From Candidatus Nanohalobium sp. (GTDB lineage: Archaea; Nanohalarchaeota; Nanosalinia; Nanosalinales; Nanosalinaceae), in NCBI GenBank assembly GCA_042217555.1, contig JBDGSL010000002.1:1-64000 (forward strand): a DNA stretch of 64,000 bases, given 5' to 3'. Under the pieces are notes generated by a model, which did not search any database, had not been told where the DNA came from, and saw only the letters and a program-made list of their open reading frames with translations. The translations under genes were made by a program, and so were the position numbers. Positions 19,191 to 28,631 of this stretch are shown here, piece after piece (within the stretch, counting starts at the first letter, position 1; each line of letters opens with the position of its first letter).

Positions 19191-20590
19191 GGAAGATGGA
19201 TCTGATTGTGCTTGGAGTCGACGGGGTTGCACCTGATTACCTGGAAGAGGCGCTGGAGAAGAGGGATATGCCTAACTGGGAAAGGTTGAAGCAGGGAAGT
19301 TTCTACTCCGAGCTGCCGAGCACGGCACCCTCGATTACTGTTCCGGCGTGGCAGTGCATGTTCTCCGGCTACAATCCGGGCAGGTTCGATACGTACCACA
19401 TGAACGTGTTTAATTTCGATGATATGAGCCAGGGGATCGCCAAGTCCTCGAACTTCCGCGGCGACTTCTTCTGGGATAAATCCGATGTAACTGCTTCGCT
19501 TCATTTCGTGCCGGGTACGTCACCACCTTATGAGATCAACGGCTGGATGCGTTCCGGTTTTCCCGGTCCCGGGGCGGATTTATATCCGGATGAGCTTGGA
19601 GAAGAGGTTGAGGAGAAAATTGGAGAGATCGATTCGTATGAGAAGGAACGCAGTGTTGGAGAGTTGATGATGGGTAAGGAGTCGGATGTTTTTATCTCGG
19701 TTGTCAGGATGACGGACAGGGAGTCCCACCACGCTGAGAAAAGATCTGATGTGATTGACACGTACGAGAGAGCGGATGAGTTCCTTGGAAAAGTGCTGGA
19801 TAAGGCGGAGAGGGAAGACGCGAATCTTCTCGTGGTTTCTGACCATGGATTCATGCATGCCGAGAGAAAATTCAATGCATTGAAGTGCCTGGAGGAGAAG
19901 AATCTGCTGGAGTTTTCCGGTGACAGGGAGACTTCAACTCTATACAGGATTGCACAGCCTTTCCTGAAGACACCTCTCAGGATCCCGCTGAAGAAGATGC
20001 ACGAGCTCTATCACGACTTCACGGGCGAGAAGATAAACGATACTGAGGAGAACATCTTGGACGCTTTAGAGCCTTCTTCTAAGGTCCTCCCATCGTGGAA
20101 GCCGGTAGGCCGCGAGCTAGGGTTGAAGATCAACACGGAGGATATGCCTAATGGAGAAGTCTCTGAGGAAGAGAAAGAACAGATACTTCAGGAGCTTGAG
20201 GATGAGCTGGAGAATCTTGAGGGCTCTGGCAAGAAGGTCGTGGAGAAGATCTGGCGCGGCGAAGAACTCTACGAGGAATCCGAGAACATGCCGGACCTGG
20301 TCTTCAGGACTACAGAGGATTTCATACCGGATGTACTGACTTCGGACATGATGTTCGTCAACACTTCTTCCTTCACGCACGACGTGAACGGTATCTTCTT
20401 CGCGCATGGACCAGGTATCGATGAAGATGCAGAAGAGAATCTTGAAATTTTCGATGTGGCGCCGCTGATCTACGCGCTTCTCGGCGAGGATATACCGGAT
20501 GACCTGGATGCGGAGCTTCCGGAGAAACTTCTGGATGAGAGTATCGAGGTCGAGTACGTTTCCGACGAGTTGAAGGGCCTGGATTTCTAG
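19187..20590 (+). CDS. Nucleotide pyrophosphatase/phosphodiesterase-like protein (COG3379-like; likely start 19196)
   Basis: VLGVDG, PSITVPAW..MFSG, DRESH, SDHGF, DVAPLI. Confidence 0.9.
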   Translation: MRKMDLIVLGVDGVAPDYLEEALEKRDMPNWERLKQGSFYSELPSTAPSITVPAWQCMFSGYNPGRFDTYHMNVFNFDDMSQGIAKSSNFRGDFFWDKSDVTASLHFVPGTSPPYEINGWMRSGFPGPGADLYPDELGEEVEEKIGEIDSYEKERSVGELMMGKESDVFISVVRMTDRESHHAEKRSDVIDTYERADEFLGKVLDKAEREDANLLVVSDHGFMHAERKFNALKCLEEKNLLEFSGDRETSTLYRIAQPFLKTPLRIPLKKMHELYHDFTGEKINDTEENILDALEPSSKVLPSWKPVGRELGLKINTEDMPNGEVSEEEKEQILQELEDELENLEGSGKKVVEKIWRGEELYEESENMPDLVFRTTEDFIPDVLTSDMMFVNTSSFTHDVNGIFFAHGPGIDEDAEENLEIFDVAPLIYALLGEDIPDDLDAELPEKLLDESIEVEYVSDELKGLDF

Positions 20591-22101
20591 TCTCTGATCA
20601 CTATATCCGCTACTCTATCTGCTTCTTCTTCCATCCTGATTCTTCTTCCGGCGCCTTTTATGATGTCTCTGTCTTCCTCCTTGAGTCCGCCAAAAGAGAT
20701 TAGGAGTACAAGGTAAAGAGTGCCAAAGAATATCGCTCCCGGTACCAGCGTCCAGAGCGCTGTAACGGGCTGTACAAACTTGATGCCGGCATAGGTCGCG
20801 ATCAGTGAGATCAAGGACGCTGTGAAGATTGGTATCAGTCCGGTGTGGAATGCGTGAACGCCTTCCTCGTAGTATCCTTCTACTGCTCCGGCGAAGTTCC
20901 CTATCAGGCTTGAAGCGATTGATGCGTAAGCTGCTCCAAGTATGCCATATATAGGTATCAGAAAGAAGTTTATGGCGACGTTTGCGCCTGTGGTGAAGAT
21001 GCTGTTGTACATCGAGTACTTCTGGTTGTCTGTGCTTTTCAGTAGAACGCCTGTTGGTCCTACTAGGGTCCCTGCGAAAGTTCCTGCTGCTAGTATCCTT
21101 AATGTTCCTGCTGCCGGGATGTACTCTTTCCCGAACGTGATATGTAGTATCTCTTCCGGGAACAGGACCATGAGGAGTGTTGCAGGTGTTGCGAACATCA
21201 GTACCCAGCGCGTGTTGGCCTGGTAAAGCCCTTTCATCTCCTTCAGCTTTCCTTTTCCGTAAAGCCTGCTCATGATAGGAAAGGCGATTGTAGTAGTGGC
21301 TCCCATGAATACTCCGATGACTTGTGCAAGAGGGAATGCTGCGTTGTAGATTCCTACCTCTGCCCCGCTTCCAGTGAAGAATCCTATCATGATTGAATCT
21401 GTCCAGCTGAGGACGAACCCCATCAGTCCGGAGAAGAAGAGCGGCCAGGAATACATGACTATTTTGCGCGAGTTAGTGTCTTCTGGCCAAGAGAGATCGA
21501 AATGTCTGTGAACATAGTATGCTGCCAGCACCACGGAAGTTATGACAGAGAGTGTGAATCCCCATGTGACTCCCCAGAGTCCGAGGCCGAAAGCCAGCGC
21601 GCCTACTCCCGTCCCGAGCTTCACGACGTTCTGGAATATCTGGTTCACGTAGACATTGTATCTTATCTTTTCGTGGGAGGTGAATACAGAGGTCAGACTG
21701 GAGCTTAGGACTCCGAAAGGAACACCGATTGACATTATCCTCACTACTTGTACCATCTGGCTTTCTAGGTTAGCGAGAGATACAAGCTGCTCCGCAAAGA
21801 TGAACATTATTACAGCAGCGATTACTGATAGCGGCATGCTAACTCTAAGGGCGGAGTAAAGATATCTTGAGGTTTTGTCTTTGTCTTGTGGAACGTATCT
21901 ATCTATCGCCTCGTCCACTGAGATATTTGAAAGATTTTGCGCTAGGAAAAAAGAAGCGATTCCTAGTGTAAGATATCCGTAGGCTTCTGGCCCCAGTCCT
22001 CTACCGACAGTTATCCTGTAGAAGAACGCTATTATCTTCGATATCACGAGGCCGATGAAGCTTATGCTCGCGCCCTTCGCTAGCCTGGAGGCAACGCTCA
22101 T
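20587..22101 (-). CDS. Oligosaccharide flippase (Wzx/MOP superfamily)
   Basis: Many hydrophobic segments; RGLGPEAYG, WTDSIMIG, VGIYNAA, LIPIYGILGAAYAS. Confidence 0.92.
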   Translation of the reverse strand: MSVASRLAKGASISFIGLVISKIIAFFYRITVGRGLGPEAYGYLTLGIASFFLAQNLSNISVDEAIDRYVPQDKDKTSRYLYSALRVSMPLSVIAAVIMFIFAEQLVSLANLESQMVQVVRIMSIGVPFGVLSSSLTSVFTSHEKIRYNVYVNQIFQNVVKLGTGVGALAFGLGLWGVTWGFTLSVITSVVLAAYYVHRHFDLSWPEDTNSRKIVMYSWPLFFSGLMGFVLSWTDSIMIGFFTGSGAEVGIYNAAFPLAQVIGVFMGATTTIAFPIMSRLYGKGKLKEMKGLYQANTRWVLMFATPATLLMVLFPEEILHITFGKEYIPAAGTLRILAAGTFAGTLVGPTGVLLKSTDNQKYSMYNSIFTTGANVAINFFLIPIYGILGAAYASIASSLIGNFAGAVEGYYEEGVHAFHTGLIPIFTASLISLIATYAGIKFVQPVTALWTLVPGAIFFGTLYLVLLISFGGLKEEDRDIIKGAGRRIRMEEEADRVADIVIRD

Positions 22102-22186
22102 TGTTCCAGTATTCCTCAGGTATCTATAAAGAAGTTCAAGCAGAAACTCAGAAGGTTTTAAGTAAGATAAACACTATGCATAAGTT

Positions 22187-22384
22187 ATGCAGAGAAAGAC
22201 GATTTCTCTCCCGGATGATCTTGCGGAGTTCGTGGACGAAAACCATATTAACCTCTCAAGATTTGTCCAAGACAAGCTTAGAGAGCTTGCAGAATCAGAA
22301 AACAACGAAGATGAAGACCTCAGCGAAGAACAAGCCAAGGAAATCGCCCAGAAACTGGAAAAACTCGGCTACATAGACAGGTAA
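22187..22384 (+). CDS. Small RHH protein with KLEKLGYIDR tail
   Basis: RKTISLP...INLSRFVQDKL, then acidic linker and LGY helix. Confidence 0.8.
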   Translation: MQRKTISLPDDLAEFVDENHINLSRFVQDKLRELAESENNEDEDLSEEQAKEIAQKLEKLGYIDR

Positions 22385-22391
22385 AAACTCA

Positions 22392-22601
22392 ATGGTAGAG
22401 AAACACAAAAGAACAATACTCAAAGCAGCTTCTTACAGAGTATTCGCAGCACTGACTGTGTTCGCAGTTTCACTCCTATATACAGGGAGTTTTGCCTCTG
22501 CAGCCAGTATTGGATTGACTGCAGCTGTCGCCAAAACAGTACTATACTATCTCTGGGAAAGGCTGTGGAACAATATTTCCTGGGGTCTGGAAATAGAATA
22601 G
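22392..22601 (+). CDS. DUF2061-like small membrane protein
   Basis: RTILKAASYR...KTVLYYLWERLWNNISWG. Confidence 0.8.
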   Translation: MVEKHKRTILKAASYRVFAALTVFAVSLLYTGSFASAASIGLTAAVAKTVLYYLWERLWNNISWGLEIE

Positions 22602-23021
22602 TGGCATTTTTAGTTTTGTTCTAGTAGCCGTTACCAGACTGATTTGGAAAATTATTGTCGTGGTCTCTCTGATCTGAGAGGCCTTTTCTTACATTTTGGG
22701 TTAAGATAGGTTCGAGCCGCTTACATTCTTACGATTATTATACTTTAGAGTATCTTATTTTTGTGTCAAGTTAATTGTTAGAATTAACAGTTTTTTGTCA
22801 ATGTATCTGAAATAAATGAGAATAGTTTTGCGTATACTCTATATAGCAGTAATCTGTTGATCCTTTTTGACTAGGGCAAATAGTTACCCTACTTTTTGCC
22901 CGGTGCAGTGTGTATTTAGTCCTACTATTTATCCGCTATACCGTACTTTTTACCCTACTAAACTTCCGTTGGCTGAGTTCCTCTTGTCCTTGGTAGAAAA
23001 CTAGTTCTGTGAATTCTCCAG

Positions 23022-23357
23022 TTAACTTTTCTTTACTTCTTTTATATTCTCTTTCAGTTCGGGGAGTGTTTGGTTTATAGTGTTCCAGATTATGTCTAGG
23101 TCTACTCCGAAGTACTGGTGAATTAGTATGTCTCTCATTCCTGCTGCTCCTTCCCATATTGATTCTCTATTGTCTTCTTTGAAGTCTTCAGGCAGTTTTT
23201 TTATCGCCTCACCAACTATTTCCAGCCGTCTAATAACCGCATCCTGTGTTTTAACATCTTGTTTAAATTCCTCTTTTGAAGTATTTTCTGTATAATTTTC
23301 GATCCTCTCTATTGCTTCTAGAACATGTTCAAGAAGTGTTTCCGTATCTTTGCTCAT
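23022..23357 (-). CDS. HEPN (DUF86/HepT-like) ribonuclease toxin
   Basis: QDAVIRRLEIVGEA, GMRDILIHQYFGVD (Rx4HxY). Confidence 0.93.
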   Translation of the reverse strand: MSKDTETLLEHVLEAIERIENYTENTSKEEFKQDVKTQDAVIRRLEIVGEAIKKLPEDFKEDNRESIWEGAAGMRDILIHQYFGVDLDIIWNTINQTLPELKENIKEVKKS

Positions 23358-23647
23358 ATCTCTACAGCCTCATCCTGTACCTGGTTTCTAATCTCTGGAT
23401 GAATCGAATTATAAGTCAATACATCTACCCTTACATTCAACTTTTCTTCCAGCTCTTTTTTGAGCTCTGCAACATCTATCAAGGTTGTTCCTTCCTCCAT
23501 CTCAACAAGCAGGTCTATGTCACTCTCTTTATCCTGTTCATTCCTTGCATAGGACCCAAAGACTTCAGCTTTAACTACATTATGCTTGTCTAGCAGAGGT
23601 TTGGACTTTTCTTTGATGTTCTTTAAGTTAAGTTTTTCATCTTCCAT
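23354..23647 (-). CDS. Minimal nucleotidyltransferase (MNT) antitoxin
   Basis: VFGSYARNEQ..SDIDLLVE, VDV; 4-nt overlap with the HEPN gene. Confidence 0.93.
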   Translation of the reverse strand: MEDEKLNLKNIKEKSKPLLDKHNVVKAEVFGSYARNEQDKESDIDLLVEMEEGTTLIDVAELKKELEEKLNVRVDVLTYNSIHPEIRNQVQDEAVEI

Positions 23648-23798
23648 AGAAATATTACGTTTTTCTAATCTTTAATCTCTTTTCATCTACTCAATGATAT
23701 ACTGAATTAGAATAGACTGGTTCCAACTGGTATGGTAAACTCTTTACAAGTATGTTGATAGTTTATTTTTATGAAAGATCGATGGTGAAATAATTGAG

Positions 23799-24566
23799 AT
23801 GAAAGTTATCGGGATTGACGCGGCTACTTGGGACATGATAAAACCTCACAGAGACGAACTGCCGAACTTCGACCGGTTGATGGAGGAATGCGACTACAAG
23901 ACGGTCACGGTCGAGGAAACGCCTAAAAGTGCTCCGCTATGGACCTCTATCTTCACGGGACTGAGGCAGGAAGAACACCAGCACAAGGATTTCGTGGTCG
24001 ATGATGAACTGCAGAAAAGAGAGGATATCGATGGGACGTTTGTCTGGGAGAAGCTTGAAGGTGTCGACACGAAAATACTTCAGGTTCCTGCGGTGATCCC
24101 GCCGATAAACTACAACACGGAGTACGAGGCAGAAGGTTTTGGGGTTTCCTCAGACCTGGAAGAGTTAGAAGCTGACAGGAAGAAACTGCTGGAGAAGTCC
24201 AAGGAAGTCTTGGAAGAAGATCCAGAATTTTTCGCAGTCGTGTTCATGCAGCTCGATAGAGTTTCACACTTCTACTGGAACGACAAAGACCTGATCCTGG
24301 AGTGGTACAGGAAGATGGATGAAGTCCTTGGCGAACTTCTGGAGTACTACGACTTTGACTCAGACGAACCTCTTATCGTGCTTTCGGATCACGGATTCGC
24401 CGAGTTTGGTGAAGGCCGAGTCCAGACCTTGCCTGAGGAAACTCCTCATGGAAAGTTGGAGGGCGATCACCACGAGGATGCGGTACTGATTACCAGCAAC
24501 GTTGACTACGATATAGATCAGCCGGAAGACGTCGGAAAGGCTATCCTGGATTACTACCAGGATTAG
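23799..24566 (+). CDS. Short alkaline phosphatase superfamily (phosphodiesterase-like) protein
   Basis: VIGIDAA, SAPLWTSIFTG, DRVSH, SDHGF, GDHH. Confidence 0.85.
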   Translation: MKVIGIDAATWDMIKPHRDELPNFDRLMEECDYKTVTVEETPKSAPLWTSIFTGLRQEEHQHKDFVVDDELQKREDIDGTFVWEKLEGVDTKILQVPAVIPPINYNTEYEAEGFGVSSDLEELEADRKKLLEKSKEVLEEDPEFFAVVFMQLDRVSHFYWNDKDLILEWYRKMDEVLGELLEYYDFDSDEPLIVLSDHGFAEFGEGRVQTLPEETPHGKLEGDHHEDAVLITSNVDYDIDQPEDVGKAILDYYQD

Positions 24567-24662
24567 GTATTGTGGTTTCCCCGCTTCCCTTTCTTTTCTG
24601 GAGGTTTAGATACAAACCTTGATAAAACATTATCGTGTTAATTATTATCGTGGTAATTACCT

Positions 24663-26045
24663 ATGAGGTTTTTTGACCGTGAGAGCGAAATGGAGGCGCT
24701 GGAAAAAAGGTACAGTAGCGACAGCTTTGAATTTTTCATACTCTACGGCAGGAGAAGAGTGGGTAAAACCGAACTGATAAAAGAGTTCTGCCGTGACAAA
24801 CCACATATCTACCACCTGTTCTCACAGGACACGGAGAAACGGCAGAGAGAACGCCTGGCCCGGAGTATAGCGGAATACTTCGACGAGCCAGAACCGAAAC
24901 TGGAGGGCTGGCGGGAAACAGTAGAGTACATAGGTGGCAAACTTGAACAGGAAAAAATAGTTCTGGCGCTCGACGAGTTTCCTTACGCCATAGAATCAGA
25001 GGAGTCTCTGCCTTCACAGTTCCAGTACCTGGTAGACGAGATACTGAAGGAAGATTCAGAATCAATGATAGTGCTCTCAGGCTCTACTGTAAGCGTGATG
25101 CTGGATGATGTACTAGGGTATGAAAGCCCGTTGTACGGCAGGAGAACAGGCCAGATTGATCTCAAACCGTTCCGTTTCAAGGAATCACTGGAGGTGATCG
25201 ATTACAGTATAGAGGATGCTGTCCGCTCCTACACAGTTACAGGCGGAACCCCGATGTATCTCACCAGCTTCGACTACTCCAAGAGCTTAGACCAGAACAT
25301 CAGGGATGAAATACTTGATGCTTCCTCTGCCTTGTTCGAAGAACCTGAGTTCTTGCTGAGGCAGGAACTGAGGCAGCCTTCACGGTACTTCAGCATCCTC
25401 GAATCGATCGCTAACGGATACACAACACCGAACGAGATATCGAACAACACTGGCATCTCCAGCGGGACGATGCCCCAGTACCTCAAAAAATTGCAGAAAC
25501 TCCGGTTGATCGAGAGAACTACTCCTGTAACTTCTTCCAAGAAGACCAAGAGATCAATATACAATATCAAAGACAACTTCATCCGGTTCTGGTACAGAAA
25601 CATCCACTCACAGAAATCAATGGTGGAAGAAAACCCGGAAAAAGCAGCAGAAAACATAATCAGTGGCTTGAACCATCAGGTCGCGGAAACATTCGAGCAG
25701 ATCTGCCACGAAACCGTACAGAAAGCAGGAGAATACACTAAAGTCGGCAGATGGTGGTACCAGGAAGATGAAATAGATGTGGTGGCACTGGACGAACAGG
25801 AGAACAAAATCCTGTTAGGCGAAGTAAAATGGACAAACCAGAAGGTCGGAGAAAAACTGCTTAGACAACTCGAAGAAAAAACCGAGAAAGTCCAGTGGAA
25901 AAACCAGGATAGGGAAGAAAACTTCGCACTGTTCTCCAAAAACGGGTTTACACGCGGTTTACAGGAAAAAGCTGAACAGAGAAAGGATTTAGAACTTCAC
26001 AATCTCGAAGAGATAGGGAAGAAGTTGGAAATGGAAGAACCATAA
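24663..26045 (+). CDS. Archaeal AAA+ ATPase with DUF234 domain, COG1672-like (paralog of 888)
   Basis: FFDRESE, YGRRRVGKT, LDEFPY, SPLYGRRT, EIDVV...GEVKW. Confidence 0.92.
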   Translation: MRFFDRESEMEALEKRYSSDSFEFFILYGRRRVGKTELIKEFCRDKPHIYHLFSQDTEKRQRERLARSIAEYFDEPEPKLEGWRETVEYIGGKLEQEKIVLALDEFPYAIESEESLPSQFQYLVDEILKEDSESMIVLSGSTVSVMLDDVLGYESPLYGRRTGQIDLKPFRFKESLEVIDYSIEDAVRSYTVTGGTPMYLTSFDYSKSLDQNIRDEILDASSALFEEPEFLLRQELRQPSRYFSILESIANGYTTPNEISNNTGISSGTMPQYLKKLQKLRLIERTTPVTSSKKTKRSIYNIKDNFIRFWYRNIHSQKSMVEENPEKAAENIISGLNHQVAETFEQICHETVQKAGEYTKVGRWWYQEDEIDVVALDEQENKILLGEVKWTNQKVGEKLLRQLEEKTEKVQWKNQDREENFALFSKNGFTRGLQEKAEQRKDLELHNLEEIGKKLEMEEP

Positions 26046-26089
26046 CTCAAGGATGCTCTGGATTATTATGACTGATTCTCTTTTTTTGT

Positions 26090-26411
26090 TTATTTGACTT
26101 TGATATAGTCGTTGATGTCTTTTCTTATTTCTTTTAATGTTTCTTCTTTCAGTTCTCCTAGTTTGTCCTGCATGGCTGTGTTCTTGAGTGTGGTTACTGT
26201 CCATGGTGATGCGTAGCTTTCCTTTGGTAGTTTCCCTTTCCTGAATTTTTCTTCGGGTAGAGGTATAGCTTCTTCTCTTTCTGTGGTTGTTATCAGGACC
26301 ACCAGGCATTCTTCGTGGAACGGATGGTTCTCATTGCTGATGACTACGAAAGGTCTTCTGTTGTTGCCTCTGATGAAGTCAGGACCTATTACTACGTCTC
26401 CCCTGTTTCAC
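26090..26411 (-). pseudogene. PemK/MazF-family toxin with an out-of-frame start
   Basis: The frame of ORF 26090-26302 extends upstream as NRGDVVIGPDF...RRPFVVISN..HPF...VVLITT. The overlapping GTG at 26411 is 1 nt out of frame. Confidence 0.75.
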
Positions 26412-26728
26412 TCTTTTTCACCGAAGTAGTCATCGTTTACTGATGCTGAGCTGGCTTCTGTCATCGCTGTTATCGATGCCAGTCGGTCATCTTCTATAAT
26501 CGCCCAGTGCTTTCCTCTGTGGCGTACAAGTCCCTGATCTTCTAACCTACTTAGAACAGCTCCGATACTGGAACTCTTTATCTCAGTTCTATTGCTTATC
26601 TCTTTAGGTGTAAACGCTTTGTCGCTGTTTTCGGCCAGGAATTCCAGAACCTTGTACGCCTGCGTATCCTTGTCCAGGCCTAGCAGTTCTTCGGGCTGGG
26701 ACTCGAACTCGTCTATAGCGATAGGCAT
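26408..26728 (-). CDS. Winged-HTH protein, probable antitoxin of the MazF-like gene
   Basis: MPIAIDEF, VLEFL...AFTPKEI...IGAVLSRLEDQGLVRH. Confidence 0.8.
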   Translation of the reverse strand: MPIAIDEFESQPEELLGLDKDTQAYKVLEFLAENSDKAFTPKEISNRTEIKSSSIGAVLSRLEDQGLVRHRGKHWAIIEDDRLASITAMTEASSASVNDDYFGEKE

Positions 26729-26989
26729 TGTAATAATATGTAACTAGATGTAAGAACTTATAATTCTTTGTATCTTAACGGTGTTTTGGTCTAATCCTGC
26801 TTTTTGCATACCGAAGTGTGCATTTTACCCTTCTAAATTGCCGGTATGGTGAGCTTTTTACCTTGCTATTCTTCCGTTAACAGTTTTTTGTTAGTGCCTC
26901 TGGAAAATTTGTCAAGAGTATGTAGGAGGAAACAGCGATTTTCTTGATTCTGTGTAACTTTTTTATTGTTTTTTGTGTAAATTGGTTAC

Positions 26990-27721
26990 ATGAGTCAAAG
27001 CATCTCTCGGAGAGAGGCCCAGCTTATCGATGAGGTCAAGGATAGAGAGATGCTGTTTTTCCAGCCTAGAGATGTTCAGAGGTTTCTCGATATAAGCGAT
27101 AGAGCCAGCTACAACCTTCTCTCAAGGATGAAGAATAAAGAACTGGTAGAAAACGTCGAATCAGGGAAATACATCTTGAAAGAAACGCTGGATTCACGTG
27201 ATGTATACGAACTGGCTTCTAACATCGTCGATTACTCGTATCTAGGATTTTTCAGTGCTTTACACTTCCATGATTTGACTGAACAAGTTCCTCAGAAGGT
27301 TCAGGTTGCTGTCACGAAGAGGAAAGATGATCTGGAACTTCAGGGCAGAGAAATACAGTTCATAAAAATAGACAAGGATCACTTCTTCGGCTACAGCAAG
27401 TATGGAAACACTGTGGCATCGACTCCGGAGAAAACCGTTATAGATTCATTGAGGCTTCCAGGCAAAACAGGCGACCTATCAAACATCCTGAGGGTGGACT
27501 ACAGCCAATTAGACATACAACTGCTAGTTGATTACTGTGAGAGAACTGGTAGTTCGGCCGTAGCATCGAGACTGGGTATTATACTCGATAGAAAAGAAAT
27601 CGATTTTAACTGGGAGAAGATCAAAGACTTGATCACTCACTACACCTGTCTTGACCCTCAGAAACCTAGAGAAAACCCTGTCAGTAGATGGAAGGTTTAC
27701 GAAAACCGTGATATCTCATGA
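26990..27721 (+). CDS. Type IV TA AbiEi-like antitoxin / transcription regulator
   Basis: N-terminal wHTH, YLGFFSALHFHDLTEQVP, FFGY, PEKTVID. Confidence 0.88.
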   Translation: MSQSISRREAQLIDEVKDREMLFFQPRDVQRFLDISDRASYNLLSRMKNKELVENVESGKYILKETLDSRDVYELASNIVDYSYLGFFSALHFHDLTEQVPQKVQVAVTKRKDDLELQGREIQFIKIDKDHFFGYSKYGNTVASTPEKTVIDSLRLPGKTGDLSNILRVDYSQLDIQLLVDYCERTGSSAVASRLGIILDRKEIDFNWEKIKDLITHYTCLDPQKPRENPVSRWKVYENRDIS

Positions 27722-28629
27722 TTGATAGAAAACAACTTAGAGATCTACACGACCAGAATCTGCCTCTGCATGTCCTGGAGCAGGACTACATACAGGCATT
27801 ATTTCTTCAAAAACTATATAGTCAAACTGAGGGCCTCGTGTTCAAAGGAGGAACGTTCCTCAAACACGCACATGGCTTAGACAGGTTCTCGGAAGACCTG
27901 GATTTCACACAGAGAGAAGGGTTTGAGAACATAGTTCCTGTGCTGAAAGAGGCGGCAGAGAGCTTATCTGACTACGGTGTTGAAGCAGAGGTAGACAGTA
28001 TCGAAGAGAATGATGTTTCCGCTTCATGCAGATTAATCTATCGGGGCCCGCTGTATGATGGTTCTCAGCACTCCAGGGGCAGCATAGAGATAGACGTATC
28101 GAAAAGAGAAGACGTACTGACAGAGCCAGAATGGATCAGACTTTTCTTCGAATACCCGGAGATCAGGGTAGTTAATGCACTAGGACTTAGCAGGGAAGAA
28201 CTGCTGGCCGAAAAACTCAGGGCGCTCGCTACAAGAGATAAGGCCCGTGACCTCTACGACTGCTGGTACCTCATAAACCAGGGGATAGAACCCAGAAACG
28301 AACTTTTCAAGCAGAAAATGGAGGTAGTAGGAGAAGGGGCTGTGCTCAATATATCGGTAACGGAGGAAAAGTGGGAAAACGACCTGAATATCTTTTTGGA
28401 AAATCCGCCTGCTCTAGACACTGTTAGAGAACAGTTAGTGTCTGAACTAGAGCAGAAGGATTTCAAGATAGTGGAGCTAGAGTCGGGTATTAAGCTTATT
28501 CCTGTCGCCGACAATTCTGTTGAAGGTTTGAAGGAAGCTATGAACGGTGCTGAGGACATAGATATAGAGAACTTGAGTGAAGAGATTGATGAGGCAGCCA
28601 GAGAAGAGTTGAAAGAGGAGTTCCAGTAG
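27718..28629 (+). CDS. AbiEii nucleotidyltransferase toxin with a fused antitoxin-like C-terminal tail
   Basis: EQDY, LVFKGGT, RFSEDLDF, AEKLRAL, RDLYD; extra tail KIVELESGIKLIPV... Confidence 0.9.
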   Translation: MIDRKQLRDLHDQNLPLHVLEQDYIQALFLQKLYSQTEGLVFKGGTFLKHAHGLDRFSEDLDFTQREGFENIVPVLKEAAESLSDYGVEAEVDSIEENDVSASCRLIYRGPLYDGSQHSRGSIEIDVSKREDVLTEPEWIRLFFEYPEIRVVNALGLSREELLAEKLRALATRDKARDLYDCWYLINQGIEPRNELFKQKMEVVGEGAVLNISVTEEKWENDLNIFLENPPALDTVREQLVSELEQKDFKIVELESGIKLIPVADNSVEGLKEAMNGAEDIDIENLSEEIDEAAREELKEEFQ

Positions 28630-28631
28630 AT

